Of a stretch of DNA of 64,000 nt, positions 46,619 to 59,939 are shown in pieces. This DNA is from Squalus acanthias. Taxonomy: Eukaryota. Below the pieces are notes generated by a model, which did no database searches, was not told where the DNA came from, and saw only the letters and a list, made by a program, of their open reading frames with translations. Position numbers and translations under genes: made by a program. The stretch spans positions 1,242,001 through 1,306,000 of the forward strand of contig JASTWF010000033.1 in the NCBI GenBank assembly GCA_030390025.1, read 5' to 3'. Numbering within the stretch: the stretch's first letter is position 1; each line of letters starts with the position of its first letter.

Positions 46619-47520
46619 TTAACTTAATGACGATTGTGATCCTGTCTCGGGGAAAGTGTGGTCTCTCCAAATGTGTCACTCGGTACCTGGTGGCCATGGC
46701 AGCGGCGGATCTACTGGTCGTTATCATCGATCTCATAATGAGGCGCATCCCCATTGTTTATTATACGAGGTTTCACTTTCTGTTCGACATTCCCGTGTGT
46801 AACATTCACGCCGTCCTACTTTATGCAGCCACAGACTGTTCTGTCTGGTTCACCGTCTCTTTCACCTTTGATCGATTTGTGGCCATTTGTTGCCAGAAGC
46901 TAAAAAACAAATATTGCACCGAGAAAACGGCGGCGGTGGTTATTGGAACAATGACTGTGTTGTTCTGTGTGAAGAACATTTTCTGGTACTTTATGGTTAC
47001 AGGCAACTATATGCTAATGAGAGTTCCCTGGTTCTGCGCTATGACGTACAGTGTTATGTATTCACCAGTATGGACAGCAATTGAATTTCTACATTATATT
47101 TTCACCCCGTGTGTACCATTTATTCTAATTCTGATGCTCAATGTTTTAACTGTCAAACACATTTTAGTGGCCATCAGAATTCGGAAGAGACTTCGGGACC
47201 GGGTCAGTGGGGAGTGTCCCAGCGATCCAGAGACAAAAAACAGAAGAAAATCAATTACTGTACTTTTTGTGATCTCGGGGAATTTTATCCTTCTATGGGC
47301 TGTGCTCCTGCTCAATACGATGTATACTAGAATTGTTCTGGTTAGCGAGTTCCCTATTGCTGAGCTCCCCAATATTGTACGAGAAATTGGGTTTATGCTC
47401 CAGCTCCTGAGTTGCTGCACAAACACTTTTATTTATGCCGTGACCCAGAGTAAGTTCAGAGAGGAGCTGAAGAATGGGGTGAAATTTCCCTTCACTGTAC
47501 TTTCTAAGATTATAAAATAA
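46619..47520 (+). CDS. GPR139-like class A GPCR, exon 2 (end of TM1 to TM7 and helix 8); spliced protein 323 aa
   Basis: Acceptor tttcccttgccccccttccttacag|; YLVAMAAADL, SVWFTVSFTFDRFVAIC, KYCTEKTA, PCVPF, RRKSITVLFVISGNFILLW, CTNTFIYAVTQSKFREEL; open frame to TAA. Confidence 0.93.
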
Positions 47521-48043
47521 CGAGGAAAACGGAAGATTTTCACCCGTAGGCTACAATGTTGTTTCACACGGTATCCCAGCCCCTCACCACCCAGTCTCTG
47601 TAATCCTGTTGTTTTTAAGGCAAACCGAGCTGATTTGATTGAGATTGAATTTGATGCAAGGTGTGTTTTGTAAACTTGGAGCAGCTGCCGTGTGTGGAAA
47701 ATCCTTTACTGTAATCACACATTTAAATCAAATTAAACTGATATGGAACAACTATCGTGACAACCGTTTATTGGGTTTTATTGCTGTCTGTGTTCATGGA
47801 TTTCGGCCGGACGGACTGTGATTCTATGTAATGGACTGTAACTGGGAAAAGATACAACACCAGTCGGCAATACCGCGAGTTCCCCTTTACAGAGACCATC
47901 TCCGGGTAGTTTACTGATTCCTGCAGTCCTACTGCTGAAATACAAGTTATTCTTAGTGTAACCTTCTTTATGAGGTGTATATGAGGAGTAACTTACCACT
48001 CGGCTGATGGATACTGCGCGCATTACAATGTTAACTTTTTTAA

Positions 48044-48375
48044 AGCCTGGAATTTGCGGTGGTTAATGACGGCGAACAAACAACATTCGCTGTTATTACC
48101 CCTCTGAAACTGACCGCAACTTCAGGATGTAGCGCATGGGCATCTAAACACGGAAATCCTGAAGTTGCGGTCAGTCATTCACTGCTCCGACACTGGCTGC
48201 GCTGTGCCCCCGTCCCCACCCCCATAGCCGGCAATCAGTGGAATCAGGGAAATCAGTGAAACTGACCAAACTCGGGCTTTTCCCGGCAATATCGCTGTTA
48301 AATACCCCATTAAATGGATTCGGTGTAACTGGGGTTTTAACAGCAAATTGACTGCTAAACAAGCGTTAAGGCCCT
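48044..48375. mobile_element. Probable non-autonomous DNA-transposon end with an internal perfect hairpin
   Basis: 20-bp perfect inverted repeat 48109-48128/48156-48175 in a GC-richer island; family not identifiable by eye. Confidence 0.4.
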
Positions 48376-49261
48376 GAATAAATATTTTTAATTTTGTGGA
48401 GTGTCAAATTTCTCCATTGTGATAAAATGAAGTTTATTATAAACTTTAAACAAAATTATGTTATTTTGAACTTTGTTCATGTTTATTTCAGGTTTATCTT
48501 TTCTCCAATTGGGAGCCCCAATCCTTGATTTTCTCTCTATAACATTTTAAATAGTCTGCATAAACGCAACTTCTTCGCGTCCTGCTTCCTGTGACAATTC
48601 TGCATTGTGCTGCACAGACTATAAATTAATAAATCAGCGTCATTAACAAATATAATTAGTTGATGCTAAAGCCAAAAAAAAGTAGATAGAATAAACACGT
48701 AAGGATGAAATTGTTCCTGGGCGGGACAGTAAAACGGGCGATAGTGAATCGGCAGCCTTTTTGTCGAGCCCTGGACTTTCTTTTCAATTCAACACGGTGC
48801 TCCATACGGGGTCTGAGCAAGGCTCTGTATAACTGAAGCCTTATTTCCTCCTGTTCATATTTGAGCTCCCTTCAGATTTTATGTAGAATCCCCTCAGGAC
48901 ACCTTGGGATTGGAAAAACAATTATGCCTTGTCAGAGCTGCCCACAAACCAAGGAGCAACAATTGAACAAACTGAATTAATAATTGAAAAGTGAACATGA
49001 CGTGGTGCAGATGAAACATAAGAAGTTAAGATTTTTTTATTGAATTATTACCAAATACATCACATTATCGGGAAAATAGTAGAGGCAGTTCAAACATCAA
49101 CGACAACTAATATACATGGATGAGCATTTTGATTTCAATCTTACACCACGTATGTCTCGTAATCTTCTGCTTTGCCTTTTCTAATTACAGTTTTACTAGA
49201 ATACTTGGACAACTATCATCGTGGCTTCTTTAACATGAGAACCTCCGTAAAGCAAATGCAT

Positions 49262-49490
49262 AGGGTTTATGCAACCTGTCATCATAACTTAACCCTATAA
49301 GCCCTTGTATCACTCTGTTGAATCTGGGCTGTTCCCCCTCCAGGGCCATATATACATTTCCTGAGGTTCGATGCCCAAAATTAAATGCAGTTCCCCAAAT
49401 GGGGTCTGGCCAAGGCTTTGTAAAACTCAACCATCGCTTCCTTTCATTTGTATTCCAGCCGCCATTAGCTTTGAATATTAAAGCCCTCGA
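49262..49490 (-). mobile_element. CR1-like LINE fragment
   Basis: Frameshifted RPHLxxCxxFWA / ALEGEQPRFNRVIQGLIGLSYDDRL. Confidence 0.7.
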
Positions 49491-49974
49491 GGCACCAAGG
49501 GAGTGGCAATAAATTGAAATTTGTCAGCATCGCCCCAACCCAGGAACCAAAAATTAAATAAAAGGTATGTATAATTGAAAAAGTTAAAACCAGAAGTGGT
49601 GTAGATGCAACAGAAAATGCAAAGGTATTTTTATTTCAAAATTACAGAAGAGAAAATAATCTGTTGCCACTAGTGGAGGCCATTCATACACCAAGAACAA
49701 ATAGCTACACATCGATAGCCATTTTGATTCGAATATTACACTGGTGAATCTCGAGATTTTCTGTGGTGCCTTTTCTGTTCACTGCATTAAGAGAAACCAA
49801 GGCAAACCATCAAAGTGTACTTTCAATATGAGAACTTCTGTCCAGCAAATGCACAAAGCATGGATGATTGAGTGAAAGGGCCACCTTATCTGATGAATTG
49901 CTGCTGCCAAGAGCTTGGGCCTTTGATTAATTAATTAAAAAACCTTCTAGAAATCAGAGATAAGATGTGGTTTA

Positions 49975-51650
49975 AAGAACATAAGAACATAAGAAATAGG
50001 AGCAGGAGCAGGTCATTTGGCCCCTCGAGCCTGCTCCGCCATTTAATGAGATCATGGCTGATCTGATCTTGGGCTCAGCACCATTTCCCAGCCCGCTCCC
50101 CATAACCCATCACTCCCTTATTGTTCAAAAATCTGTCTATCTCCACCTTAAATATATTCAATGACCCAGCCTCCACGGCTCTCTAGGGCAGAGAATTCCA
50201 CTGAATTATGACCCTCAGAGAAGAAATTCCTCCTCATCTCAGTTTTAAATGGGCGACCCCTAATTCTGAAACTATGGCCCCTAGTTCTAGATTCCCACGT
50301 GAGGGGAAACATCTTCTCTGCATCTACCTTGTCGAGCCCCCTCAGAATCTTATATATTTCAATATGATCACCTCTCATTCTTCAAAACTCCAATGAGTAT
50401 AGGCCCAACCTGCTCAAACTTTCTTCATAAGTCAATCCCTTCATCTCAGGAATCAACCTCGTGAACATTCTCTGAACTGCCGCCAATGCAAGTATATCCC
50501 TCCTTAAATAAGGAGACCAAAACTGTACACAGTACTCCAGGTGTGGTTTCACCAATACCCTGTACAGATGTAGCAGGGCTTCCCTGCTTTTATACTCCAA
50601 CCCCCTTGCACTAAAGGACAACATTCCACTTGCGTTCCTGATTACTTGCTGTACCTGCATGCTAACTTTTTGTGTTTCATGCACAAGGTCCTCCAGGTCC
50701 CTCTGTACTGCAGAATTTTGTAATCTCTCTCCATTTGAATAACAATATTTTTTATTTTTTTCTTATCAAAGTGGATAACCTCAAACTTACCCTTCTTATA
50801 CTCCATCTGCCAAATGTTTGCCCACTCACGTAGCCTGTCTATATCCCTTTTCAAATTAATTGTGTCCTCTTCACAACTTGCTTTCCCACCTATCTTTGCA
50901 TCATCAGCAAATTAGTCTACATTACACACGGTCCCTTTATTCAAGTCAGTAATATAGATTGTAAATAGTTGAGGCCCAAGCATTGATCCCTGTGGCCTCC
51001 CACTAGTTACCGTTAGCCAGTCCTCTATCCATGCTAATATATAAGACCCAACCCCGTGAGCTCTTATCTTGTGCAGTAACCTTTTATATGGCAACTTATC
51101 GAATGCCTTCTGGAAATCCAAATACACAACATCCACTGTTTCCCCTTTATCCACCCTGCTCGTTACATCCTCAAAGACGTCCTGCAAATTTGTCAAACAT
51201 GATTTCCCTTTCATAAAACCATGCTGACTCTGCTTGACTGTATTATGATTTTCTAAATGTCCTGCTACTGCATTCTTATTGATGGACAAAAGCATTTTCC
51301 CAATGATAGTTGTTGGACTAACTGATATATATTTGCCTGCTGTCTGTCTCCCTCCCTTCTTAAATAGGGGCGTTACATTTGCGGTTTTCCAATCCACTGG
51401 AACCTCTCCAGAATCAAAGGAATTTTGGTAGATTACAACCAGTGCATCCACTATCTCTGCTGCCACTACTTTTAAAACCCGCGGATGCAGACCATCAGTT
51501 CCCTGGGACTTGTCCACCTTTAAACCCATTATTTTACCGAGTGCTTTTTGTTTAGTGATTGAGATTGTTTTTAGTTCCCCCCTCCATATAGCCACTGATT
51601 ATATATTATTGGGATGGTGTTAGTGTCTTCTAATGTGGAGACTGATACAA
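49975..51650 (-). mobile_element. CR1 LINE, 5'-truncated, frameshifted RT
   Basis: (ttcttatg)n tail; YLDFQKAFDK, QGSMLGP and PHLEYCVQFWSP motifs. Confidence 0.93.
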
Positions 51651-52158
51651 AGGGGGGAGGGAGAGAGAGGGGGGAGGGAGAGAGAGAGAGCGCGTGGGGA
51701 GAGAGAGAGCGCGTGGGGAGAGAGAGAGCGCGTGGGGAGAGAGAGAGCGCGTGGGGAGAGAGAGAGAGCGTGGTGAGAGAGAGATAGTGTGGGGAGAGAG
51801 AGAGAGCGTGGGGGGAGAGAGAGAGCGTGGGGGAAGAGAAAGTGTGGGGGGAGAGAGAGAGTGTGGGGAGAGAGAGAGAGCGTGGGGAGAGAGAGAGAGC
51901 GTGGGGAGAGAGAGAGAGCGTGGGGAGAGAGAGAGCGTGGGGAGAGAGAGAGTGCGTGGGGAGAGAGAGAGCGTGGAGAGAGAAAGAGCGTGGGGAGAGA
52001 GAGAGAGCGTGGGGAGAGAGAGAGAGGGGAGAGAGAGAGATGGGAGAGCGTGGGGAGAGGGTCGAGAAAGAGAGAGAGTAGAGAGAGAGGGGAGTGAGAG
52101 ATGGGAAAGAGAAGAGGGGAAGAGCGAGAGAAGAGGGGAGAGCGGAGAGAGGGGGAGA
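51651..52158. repeat. GA-rich compound microsatellite (gcgtgggga(ga)n)
   Basis: Direct inspection. Confidence 0.95.
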
Positions 52159-52159
52159 C

Positions 52160-53420
52160 GTGTTTGTAAATGCATCAGCCTTGTCTTTTCCACTCATGTG
52201 ATGGGCTCTGCCATCATTGAGGATGGGGATATTCATGGAGCCTCCTCCTCTAGTTAGTTGTTTAATAGTCCACCACAATTCACGACTGGATGTGACAGGA
52301 CTGCAGAGCTTTGATCTGATCCGTTGATTGTGGGGTCGCTTAGCCCTATCTATAGCATGCTGCTCCTGCTTTTCAGCATGAATGTAGTCCTGTGTTGCAG
52401 TTTCGCCAGGTTGGCACCTCATTTTTAGTTACGCATGGTGCTGCTCCTGGCATGCTCTTCTACACTCCTTATTGAACCAAGGTTGGTCCCCTGGCTTGAT
52501 GGTAATGGTAGACTGAGGGATATGCCAGGCCATGAGGTTACAGATTGTGGTTGAATACAATTTTGCTGCTGCTGATGGCCCACAGTGCCTCATGGATGCC
52601 CAGTTTTGAGCTGCTAGATCTGCTCTGAATCTGTCCCATTTAGCACGGTGGTAGCGCCACACAACATGATGAAGGGTTTCCTCAGTGTGAAGACGGGACT
52701 TCGTCTCCCCAATGACTGTGGGTTGGTCACTGATACCAATGCTGTCATGGAAAGTTGCATCTGCGACAGGTAGATTGGTGAGGATGAGATCGTGTATGTT
52801 TTTCCCTCGTGTTGGTTCTCTCACCACCTGCCGCAGGCCCAGTCTGGCAGATATGTCTTTCAGGCCTCGGCCAGTTCGGTCAGTAGTGGTGTTGCCGAGC
52901 CACTCTTGGTGATACACATTGAAGTCCCCCACCCAGAGTACAGTCTGTGCCCTTGCTACTCTCAGTGCTTCTTCCAAGTGGTTTTAAAACATGGAGGATT
53001 ACTGATTCATCAGCTGAGGGAGGGCGGTCGGTGGTAAACAGCAGGAGGTTTCCTTGACCATGCTTGACCTGAAGCAACAATACTTTTATGGGGTCCGGAG
53101 TCAATGTTGAGGACAGTCAAGGTCATTCCCTCCCGACTGTATACCAAAGTGCCGCCACCACTGGTGGGTCTGTCCTGCTGGTGGGACAGGATATACAGAG
53201 GGATGGTGATGGAGTAGTTTGAGCCATTGGCTAAAAGGTATGATACTGTGAGTATGACGATGTCAGGCTGTAGCTTAACCATTCTGTGGGACAGCACTCC
53301 CCATTATGGCACAATTCCACAGATGTTGGTGAGGAGGACTTTGCAGGATCGTCGGGGCTGGGTGTGTCATTGCAGTGTCTGTAGCTGGTGCCGACGTCGA
53401 TGCTGGGTGGTCCATCCGGA
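52160..53420 (-). mobile_element. LINE fragment of a second CR1/L2-group family (AP endonuclease region; possibly Crack/Daphne-like)
   Basis: QDRPTSGGGT, WVGDFNVYHQEWLG, PTRGKNIHDLILTN, DQPWFNKECRRA. Confidence 0.8.
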
Positions 53421-53436
53421 TTGAGCAAATTTAAGA

Positions 53437-54988
53437 TGAATGTAACACCCTTATTTAAATAGGGTAGTAGGCAGAAGGCTGTAAATTATAGACCAGTTAG
53501 CCTAACATCTGTGGTGGGTAAAAATTTGGAGTCTATTATTAAGGACACAGTAACGGAACATTTAGATAAATATAATTTAATAGGACAAAGTCAGCATAGC
53601 TTTATGAAGGGGAAGTCATGTCTGACAAATTTGCTTGTGTTCTTTGAGGACATAACGTACAGGGTGGATAAAGGGTAACCAGTGGACGTAGTGTATTTAG
53701 ACTTCCAGAAGGCATTCGACAAGGTGCCACATAAAAGATTATTGCTCAAGATAAAAAATCAATGGATTGGGGGTCATATTCTGGCACGGGTGGAGGATTG
53801 GTTACCTAACAGGAAGCAGAGAGTTGGGATAAATGGTTCATTCTCGGACTGGCAACCAGTCGCCAGTGGTGTTCCGCCGGGGTCGGTGCTGGGTCCCCAA
53901 CTCTTTACAATTATATATATATTAACGATTTGGAGGAGGGGACCGAGTGTAACATATCAAAGTTTGCAGATGATACAAAGATGGGAGGGAAAGTAGAAAG
54001 TGAGGAGGACATAAAAAACCTACAAGGGGATATAGACAGGCTGGGTGAGTGGGCGGAGATTGGGCAGATGCAATACAATATTGGAAAATGTGAGGTTATA
54101 CACTTTGGCAGGAAAAATCAGAGAGCAAGCTATTATCTTAATGGCGAGAAACTGGAAAGTACTGCAGTACAAAGGGATCTGGGGGTCCTAGTGCAAGCAA
54201 ATCAAAAAGTTAGCATGTAGGTGCAGCAGGTGATCAAGAAGGCCAACGGAATGTTGGTTTTTATTGCTAGGGGGATAGATTATAAAAACAGGGAGGTATT
54301 GCTGCTGTTATATAAGGTATTGGTGAGACCGCACCTGGAATACTGCATACAGTTTTGATGTCCATACTGAAGAAAAGACATACTTGCTCTCGAGGCAGTA
54401 CAAAGAAGGTTCACTCGGTTAATTCCGGGGATGAGGGGGTGGACATATGAGGAGAGGTTGAGTAGATTGGGACTCTACTCATTGGAGTTCAGAAGAATGA
54501 GAGGCATTCTTATTGAAACATATAAGATTGTGAAGGGGCTTGATCGGGTGGATGTGGTAAGGATGTTCCCAAGGATGGGTGAAATTAGAACTAGGGGGCA
54601 TAATCTTAGAATAAGGGGCTGCTCTTTCAAAACTGAGATGAGGGGAAACTTCTTCACTCAGAGGGTAGTAGGTCTGTGGAATTTGCTGCCCCAGGAAGCT
54701 ACATCATTAAATAAATTTAAAACAGAAATAGATAGTTTCCTAGATGTGAAGGGAATTAGGGGTTACGGGGAGCGGGCAGGAAATTGGACATGAGGCTGAG
54801 TTCGGATCGGTCAAGGCCCTGTGGGTGGCAGAGCGGGCCCAGGGGCTGAGTGGCCGGGTCCTGCTCCTACTTCTTGTGTTCTTTACATTTGAGGTTAGGA
54901 TCAGATCAGCCATGATCTTATTGAATGGCGGAGCAGGCTCGAGGGGCCGATTGCCCTTCTCCTGCTCTTATTTCTTATGCTCTTATGT
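53437..54988 (+). mobile_element. CR1 LINE, 5'-truncated, with a tandemly doubled 3' end
   Basis: YLDFQKAFDKVPH, FADD, LGLYSLEFRR; tail ttcttatgctcttatg. Confidence 0.93.
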
Positions 54989-55209
54989 AAAACACACGAG
55001 AGAAAGACACAAACACTGAAAGAAACAAGCTTTTATCACAGCAGGGCTGAGTGTGAAGCAGGAATTTCGACTGCTCGTGTTGATAAGAGAAAAATGTTGC
55101 CTTTGCAGTAAAGATTGGAAGCCATAAAACATCAAAGGCTTCCCGAACAAATGAGAACCACTGTATCAACAGGATACACTCAGGGACGGTGTGATGTTTC
55201 ATGATTAAA

Positions 55210-55302
55210 TCTGTTTCGTTCTACACGGATGCTGCCTGGCCTGCTGAGTGTTTCCAGCATTTTCTGTTGTTATTTCAGATTTCCAGCATCCGCAGTATTT
55301 TG
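55210..55302 (+). mobile_element. Penelope-like pLTR 3' fragment (same family as 34295-34715; no hammerhead core)
   Basis: gatgctgcctggcctgctgagtgtttccagcattttctgttgttatttcagatttccagcatccgcagtattttg. Confidence 0.75.
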
Positions 55303-55469
55303 GTATTGTTATATTTTAGTATCTGATTGACTTGATTCAATAAAATTATAATCAAAATTTTTACAGTGTTTCCCTACACCTCAAACTTTTATTAGCGATA
55401 AAGGATGTATGACAATATCCTATAATACATCCACAAGGGCAATAGGAAAATATGACTACATCCTACAGC

Positions 55470-56776
55470 TAAGGACAAAGTGACTGAACACAGAGAAATT
55501 TGAGTTGATTAGAGAGAGGCAATATGGATTTGTAAAGGGCAGGTCATGTCTAACGAACCTCATTGAATTTTGAGGAATTAGCTGAAGTAATAGACAGGGG
55601 AATGTCTACGGATGTGTTGTATATGGACTTCCAGAAGGCATTCAATGAGGTTCTGTACAAGAGACTGTCAGCTAAAATTAAAGGTCATGGAATTGAAGTC
55701 AAATTATTGACCAGGTTAGGAGATTGGTTAGGCGGTAGAAGACAGAGTTTAGGGATAATGGGAATGTACTCAAATTGGAAGGAAGTGACTTGTGGTGTCC
55801 CACAAGAATCTGTGCTGGGGGGTCAGCTATTCACTATATTTATTAATGACAGGAATAACATAATAGAGAGCCATATATCAAGGTTTACCGATGACACAAA
55901 GCTAGATGGCACAGTAAATAGTGTAGGGGGGAGCATAAAATTACAAAGAGACATTGATAGATTAACTGAGTGGGCAAAACTGTTGTAGCTGGATTTCAAC
56001 GCAGTGAAGTGTGAGGTCATCCAATCTGGACCAAAGAAAGACAGATGTGAGTATTTTTTAAATGGTGGAAAGCTGGGAACAGTGAAGCTCCAAAGACATT
56101 TAGGGGTTTGTGTAAAGAGATCACTAAAATATAGTGATCAGGTGCAAAAAATAATCAACAAAGCTAAAGGAATGTTAGCCTTTATATCTAGAGGGCCAGA
56201 ATAAAAGGGTAATTGCTAGAGCTATACAAAGCCATGGTTAGATCACATCTGGAGCACTGTGTACAGTTCTGGGCAGCGCACCTTGGAAAGGACATATTGG
56301 CCTTGGAGAATGTTACCAGCGCCCAAGGGTTAAATTATGAGGACAAATTACAGAAACCTGGCTTCTATTCCTGGAATATAGAAGGTCAAGGGATGTGATG
56401 ATTGAGGTTAGCGGGATTTTGAACGGAATTGATAGGATAGATAGAGAAAAACTTTTTCCGCAGGTGAAGGAGTCTCGGACAAGGGGGCATAACATTAAAA
56501 TCAGAGCCAGGCCATTCAGGAGAGAATTTAGGAAACATTTCTTCACACAAATGTTGGTAGAAGTGTGGAACTCTCTCCCACAAAAAGCAGTAGATGTCAG
56601 CTCAAATAATAATTTCATATCTGAGGGCGATAGATTTTATCACCAAGAGTATTAAGGGATTTGGAGCTAAGTCGGGTGGATGGAGTTCGGACACAGATCA
56701 ACCACGATCTCATTGAATGGAGGGACAGGCTCGATGGGCTGAAGGGCCGACTCCTGTTTCTGTGTCCTGTGTTTCT
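55470..56776 (+). mobile_element. Old CR1 LINE fragment (RT to 3' end)
   Basis: YMDFQKAF, GVPQESVLG, FTDD, RTRGHNIKI; 3' hairpin and tail. Confidence 0.9.
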
Positions 56777-57876
56777 AATACCTCCACCTCAGGGCAATAG
56801 GGATATATGACACTATCTTCCAATACCTCAATAAGGCCAATAGGGATATATGACAATATCCTCCAATATCTCAATAAGGTCAATAGGGATATATGACAAT
56901 ATCCTCCAATACCTCAATAAGGACAATAGGGATATATGATAATATCCTCCAATATCTCAATAAGGGCAATAAGGATATATGACAACATTCTCCAATACCT
57001 CAATAAGGGCAATAGGGATATATGACAATATCCTACAATACCTCAATAAGGTCAATAGGGATATATGACAATATCCTCCAATACCTCCATAAGGGCAATA
57101 GGGATATATGACAATATCCTCCGATTCCTCAATAAGGGCAATAGGGATATAAGACAATATCCTCCAATACCTCAATAAGGCCAATAGGGATATATGACAA
57201 TATCCTTCAATACCTCAATAAGGTCAATAGAGATATATGACAATATCCTTCAATACCTCAATAAGGCCAATAGGGATATAAGACAATATCCTCCAATACC
57301 TCAATAAGGTCAATAGGGATATATGACAATATCCTTCAATACCTCAATAAGGTCAATAGGGATATATGACAATATCCTTCAATACCTCAATAAGGTCAAT
57401 AGGGATATATGACAATATCCTCCAATACCACAATAAGGCCAATATGGATATATGAGAATATTCTACAATACCTCAATAAGGTCAATAGGGATATATGACA
57501 ATATCCTCCAATACGTCATTAAGGGCAATAGGGATATATGACAATATCCTCCAATACCTCAAAAAGGGCAATAGGGATATATGACAATATCCTCCAATAC
57601 CTCAATAAGGGCAATAGGGATATATGACAATATCCTCCAATACGTCAATAAGGGCAATAGGGATATATGACAATATCCTACAATACCTCAATAAGGGCAA
57701 TAGGGATATATGACAATATCCTCCAATACCACAATAAGAGCAATAGGGATATATGACAATATCCTCCAATACCTCAATAAGGTCAATAGGGATATATGAC
57801 AATATCCTCCAATACCTCAATAAGGGCAATAGGGATATATGACAATATCCTTCAAAGCTTCGACATGAGGGCAATA
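56777..57876. repeat. 43-bp minisatellite, ~25 copies
   Basis: caatacctcaataaggNcaatagggatatatgacaatatcctc at 56821, 56864... Confidence 0.97.
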
Positions 57877-58460
57877 CAACAACTTGTATTTATATAGCGT
57901 CTTTAACGTAGTAAAAATGGTAAAAAGTCCCAAGACGATTCACAGGAGCATTTCTGACAAAATTTGACACCGAGCCACATTAGGGCAGATGAACAAAATG
58001 TTGTTCAAACGTTTTCAGGAGGTTTAAAGGAGGAAACAGAGGTAGAGAGGCTTAGAGAGGAAATTCAGAGCAGAAACTCAGAGCTCAGGGCCGAGGCAGC
58101 TGAAGCCACGGCCACTAATGGAGGAGTGATTAAAATCAGGGATGCTCAAGAGGCCAGAATTAGAGGAGCGCAGATACCTCGGAGGGATTTGTGTGGGGCT
58201 GGAGGAGATTACAAAGATAGGGAGGGGCGAGGCCCTGGAGGGATTTGAAAACAAGGATGAGAATTTTAAATTGAGACGTTGCCGAACCGGGAGTCAATGT
58301 AGCTCAGCGAGTACAGGGGTGATGGGTGAACGGGAATGGTGCGAGTTGGACACGGGCAGCAGAGTTTTGGATGACCTCAAGTTTATGGAGGGGAGAAGGT
58401 GGGACGCTGGCCAGGAGAGCGTTGGAATAGTCAAGTCTAGAGGTAATAAAGGCAATGGAT
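57877..58460 (-). mobile_element. L2-clade LINE 3' fragment
   Basis: AFITSRLDYSNALL...IQNSAAR; 3' end gctatataaatacaagttgttgt. Confidence 0.85.
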
Positions 58461-58614
58461 GATTGAGGTGTAGCCCATATCCTACAATACACTCACAGTA
58501 CAGGAAAAGCGATATGACAATATCTATGATACCCCCACATACGGCCAGTAAGGATGTATGAAAATATCCTGCAATATCCCCACAGTAGTAAAACATGTGA
58601 CAACATAAAACGTG

Positions 58615-59908
58615 ATAAAGGATAGTCAGGAGGGATTTCAAAAGGGAAGGTCATGCGTGACCAACCTTATTCAATTCTGTGAAGTAGTAACAAAGAGAAG
58701 ACAAGGACAATACAGTAGATATAATAGATTTGAATTTTCAAAAGGCCTTCGATAAGGTACCGCATCGTAGACTCATGACAATGGTTAGAGCATGTGCAGT
58801 CAGTGGACCGGTAGCAGAATGGATAGCACGCTGGCTGCAGAACAGAAAACAGAGAGTCGGGGTTAAGGGGAGCTCCCCAGACTGGAAAATGTTGGGAAGT
58901 GGTTTTCCACAAGGATCGGTGCTGGGACCACTGTACACAATTAACATCAATGATTTGGACTCGGGAATCGGAAATACACTTTCAAAATTTGCGAATGACA
59001 CCAAATTGGGGGAGTCGAGTTAATACTGAGAAAGACTGCGACAAAACACAAGAGAACATTAATAAACTCGCAGAATGGGCGTGTAATTGGCAAATTAATT
59101 TCAATATCGATAAGCGAGAGATTTCACATTTTGGTAGGAAGAATAAGGAGGCCACATACTGCTTGGAAATTAATTGTCTAACTGGAGCAGATGAGCAAAG
59201 GGATCTGGGGGTACAGATACTCAAATCACTAAAAGTAGCGACGCAGGTTAATAAGGCCATAAAAAAGCAAACCAAGCCCTTGAGTTCGTTTCTAAAGGGA
59301 AGGAATTCAAAAGCAGACAAGGTATGTTAAACTTGTATTGAACGTTGGTTAGACGACATTTAACTTTAATTTTCACAGTTCTGGTCTCCATATTATATAA
59401 AGGATGGAGAGACACTGAAGAAGGGGCAAAAAAGATTTTCAAAGATGATACCAAAACTGTGAGGTTATAATTATCAGGAAAGGCAGAACAGGCCTCTAGA
59501 AAATAGAAGGCTGAGGGGTGAGCTCAGAGTTCTGTAAGATTATGAAAGGGTTTGATCGGGTCGACGTGGAGAGATTCTTCCACTTGTGGGGAGAGACCAA
59601 AACTAGGCTCCAGAAATACAAGCTGTCCATTACTAAATCCCACAGGGAATTCAGGAGAAACTTCTTTGCCCAGAGAGTGGTTAGAATGTGGAACTCGCTA
59701 CCACAAGGAGTAGTTGAGGCGAACAGCACAGGCGCGTTTGAGGGGAAGCTTGATAAGCACCTGAGGGTGAAAGGAATAGAAGGAGATGCTGAAAGGTCAC
59801 GTGAAGAGGGCTGGGAGGAGGCTTGTGACAATCACAAACACCACTATAGACCAGAGGGACCCAATGGCCTGTTGCTGTGCTATAAATTCAATGTAATTCA
59901 GTGTAAAA
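58615..59908 (+). mobile_element. Old CR1 LINE fragment (RT to 3' end)
   Basis: FQKAFDKVPH, PQGSVLGP, FRRNFFAQRVVRMWNSLP. Confidence 0.9.
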
Positions 59909-59939
59909 GTGCGATAGGAATATATGACAATAGCTAAAA

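Noticed and set aside
51571..52422. Ser/Leu/Pro-rich and Arg/Glu-rich ORFs
   Set aside because: Translation of a GA-rich microsatellite joined to LINE fragments.
44899..57876. CRISPR-like appearance of the 49-bp and 43-bp repeats
   Set aside because: Head-to-tail units without unique spacers, no cas genes, vertebrate context: these are minisatellites.
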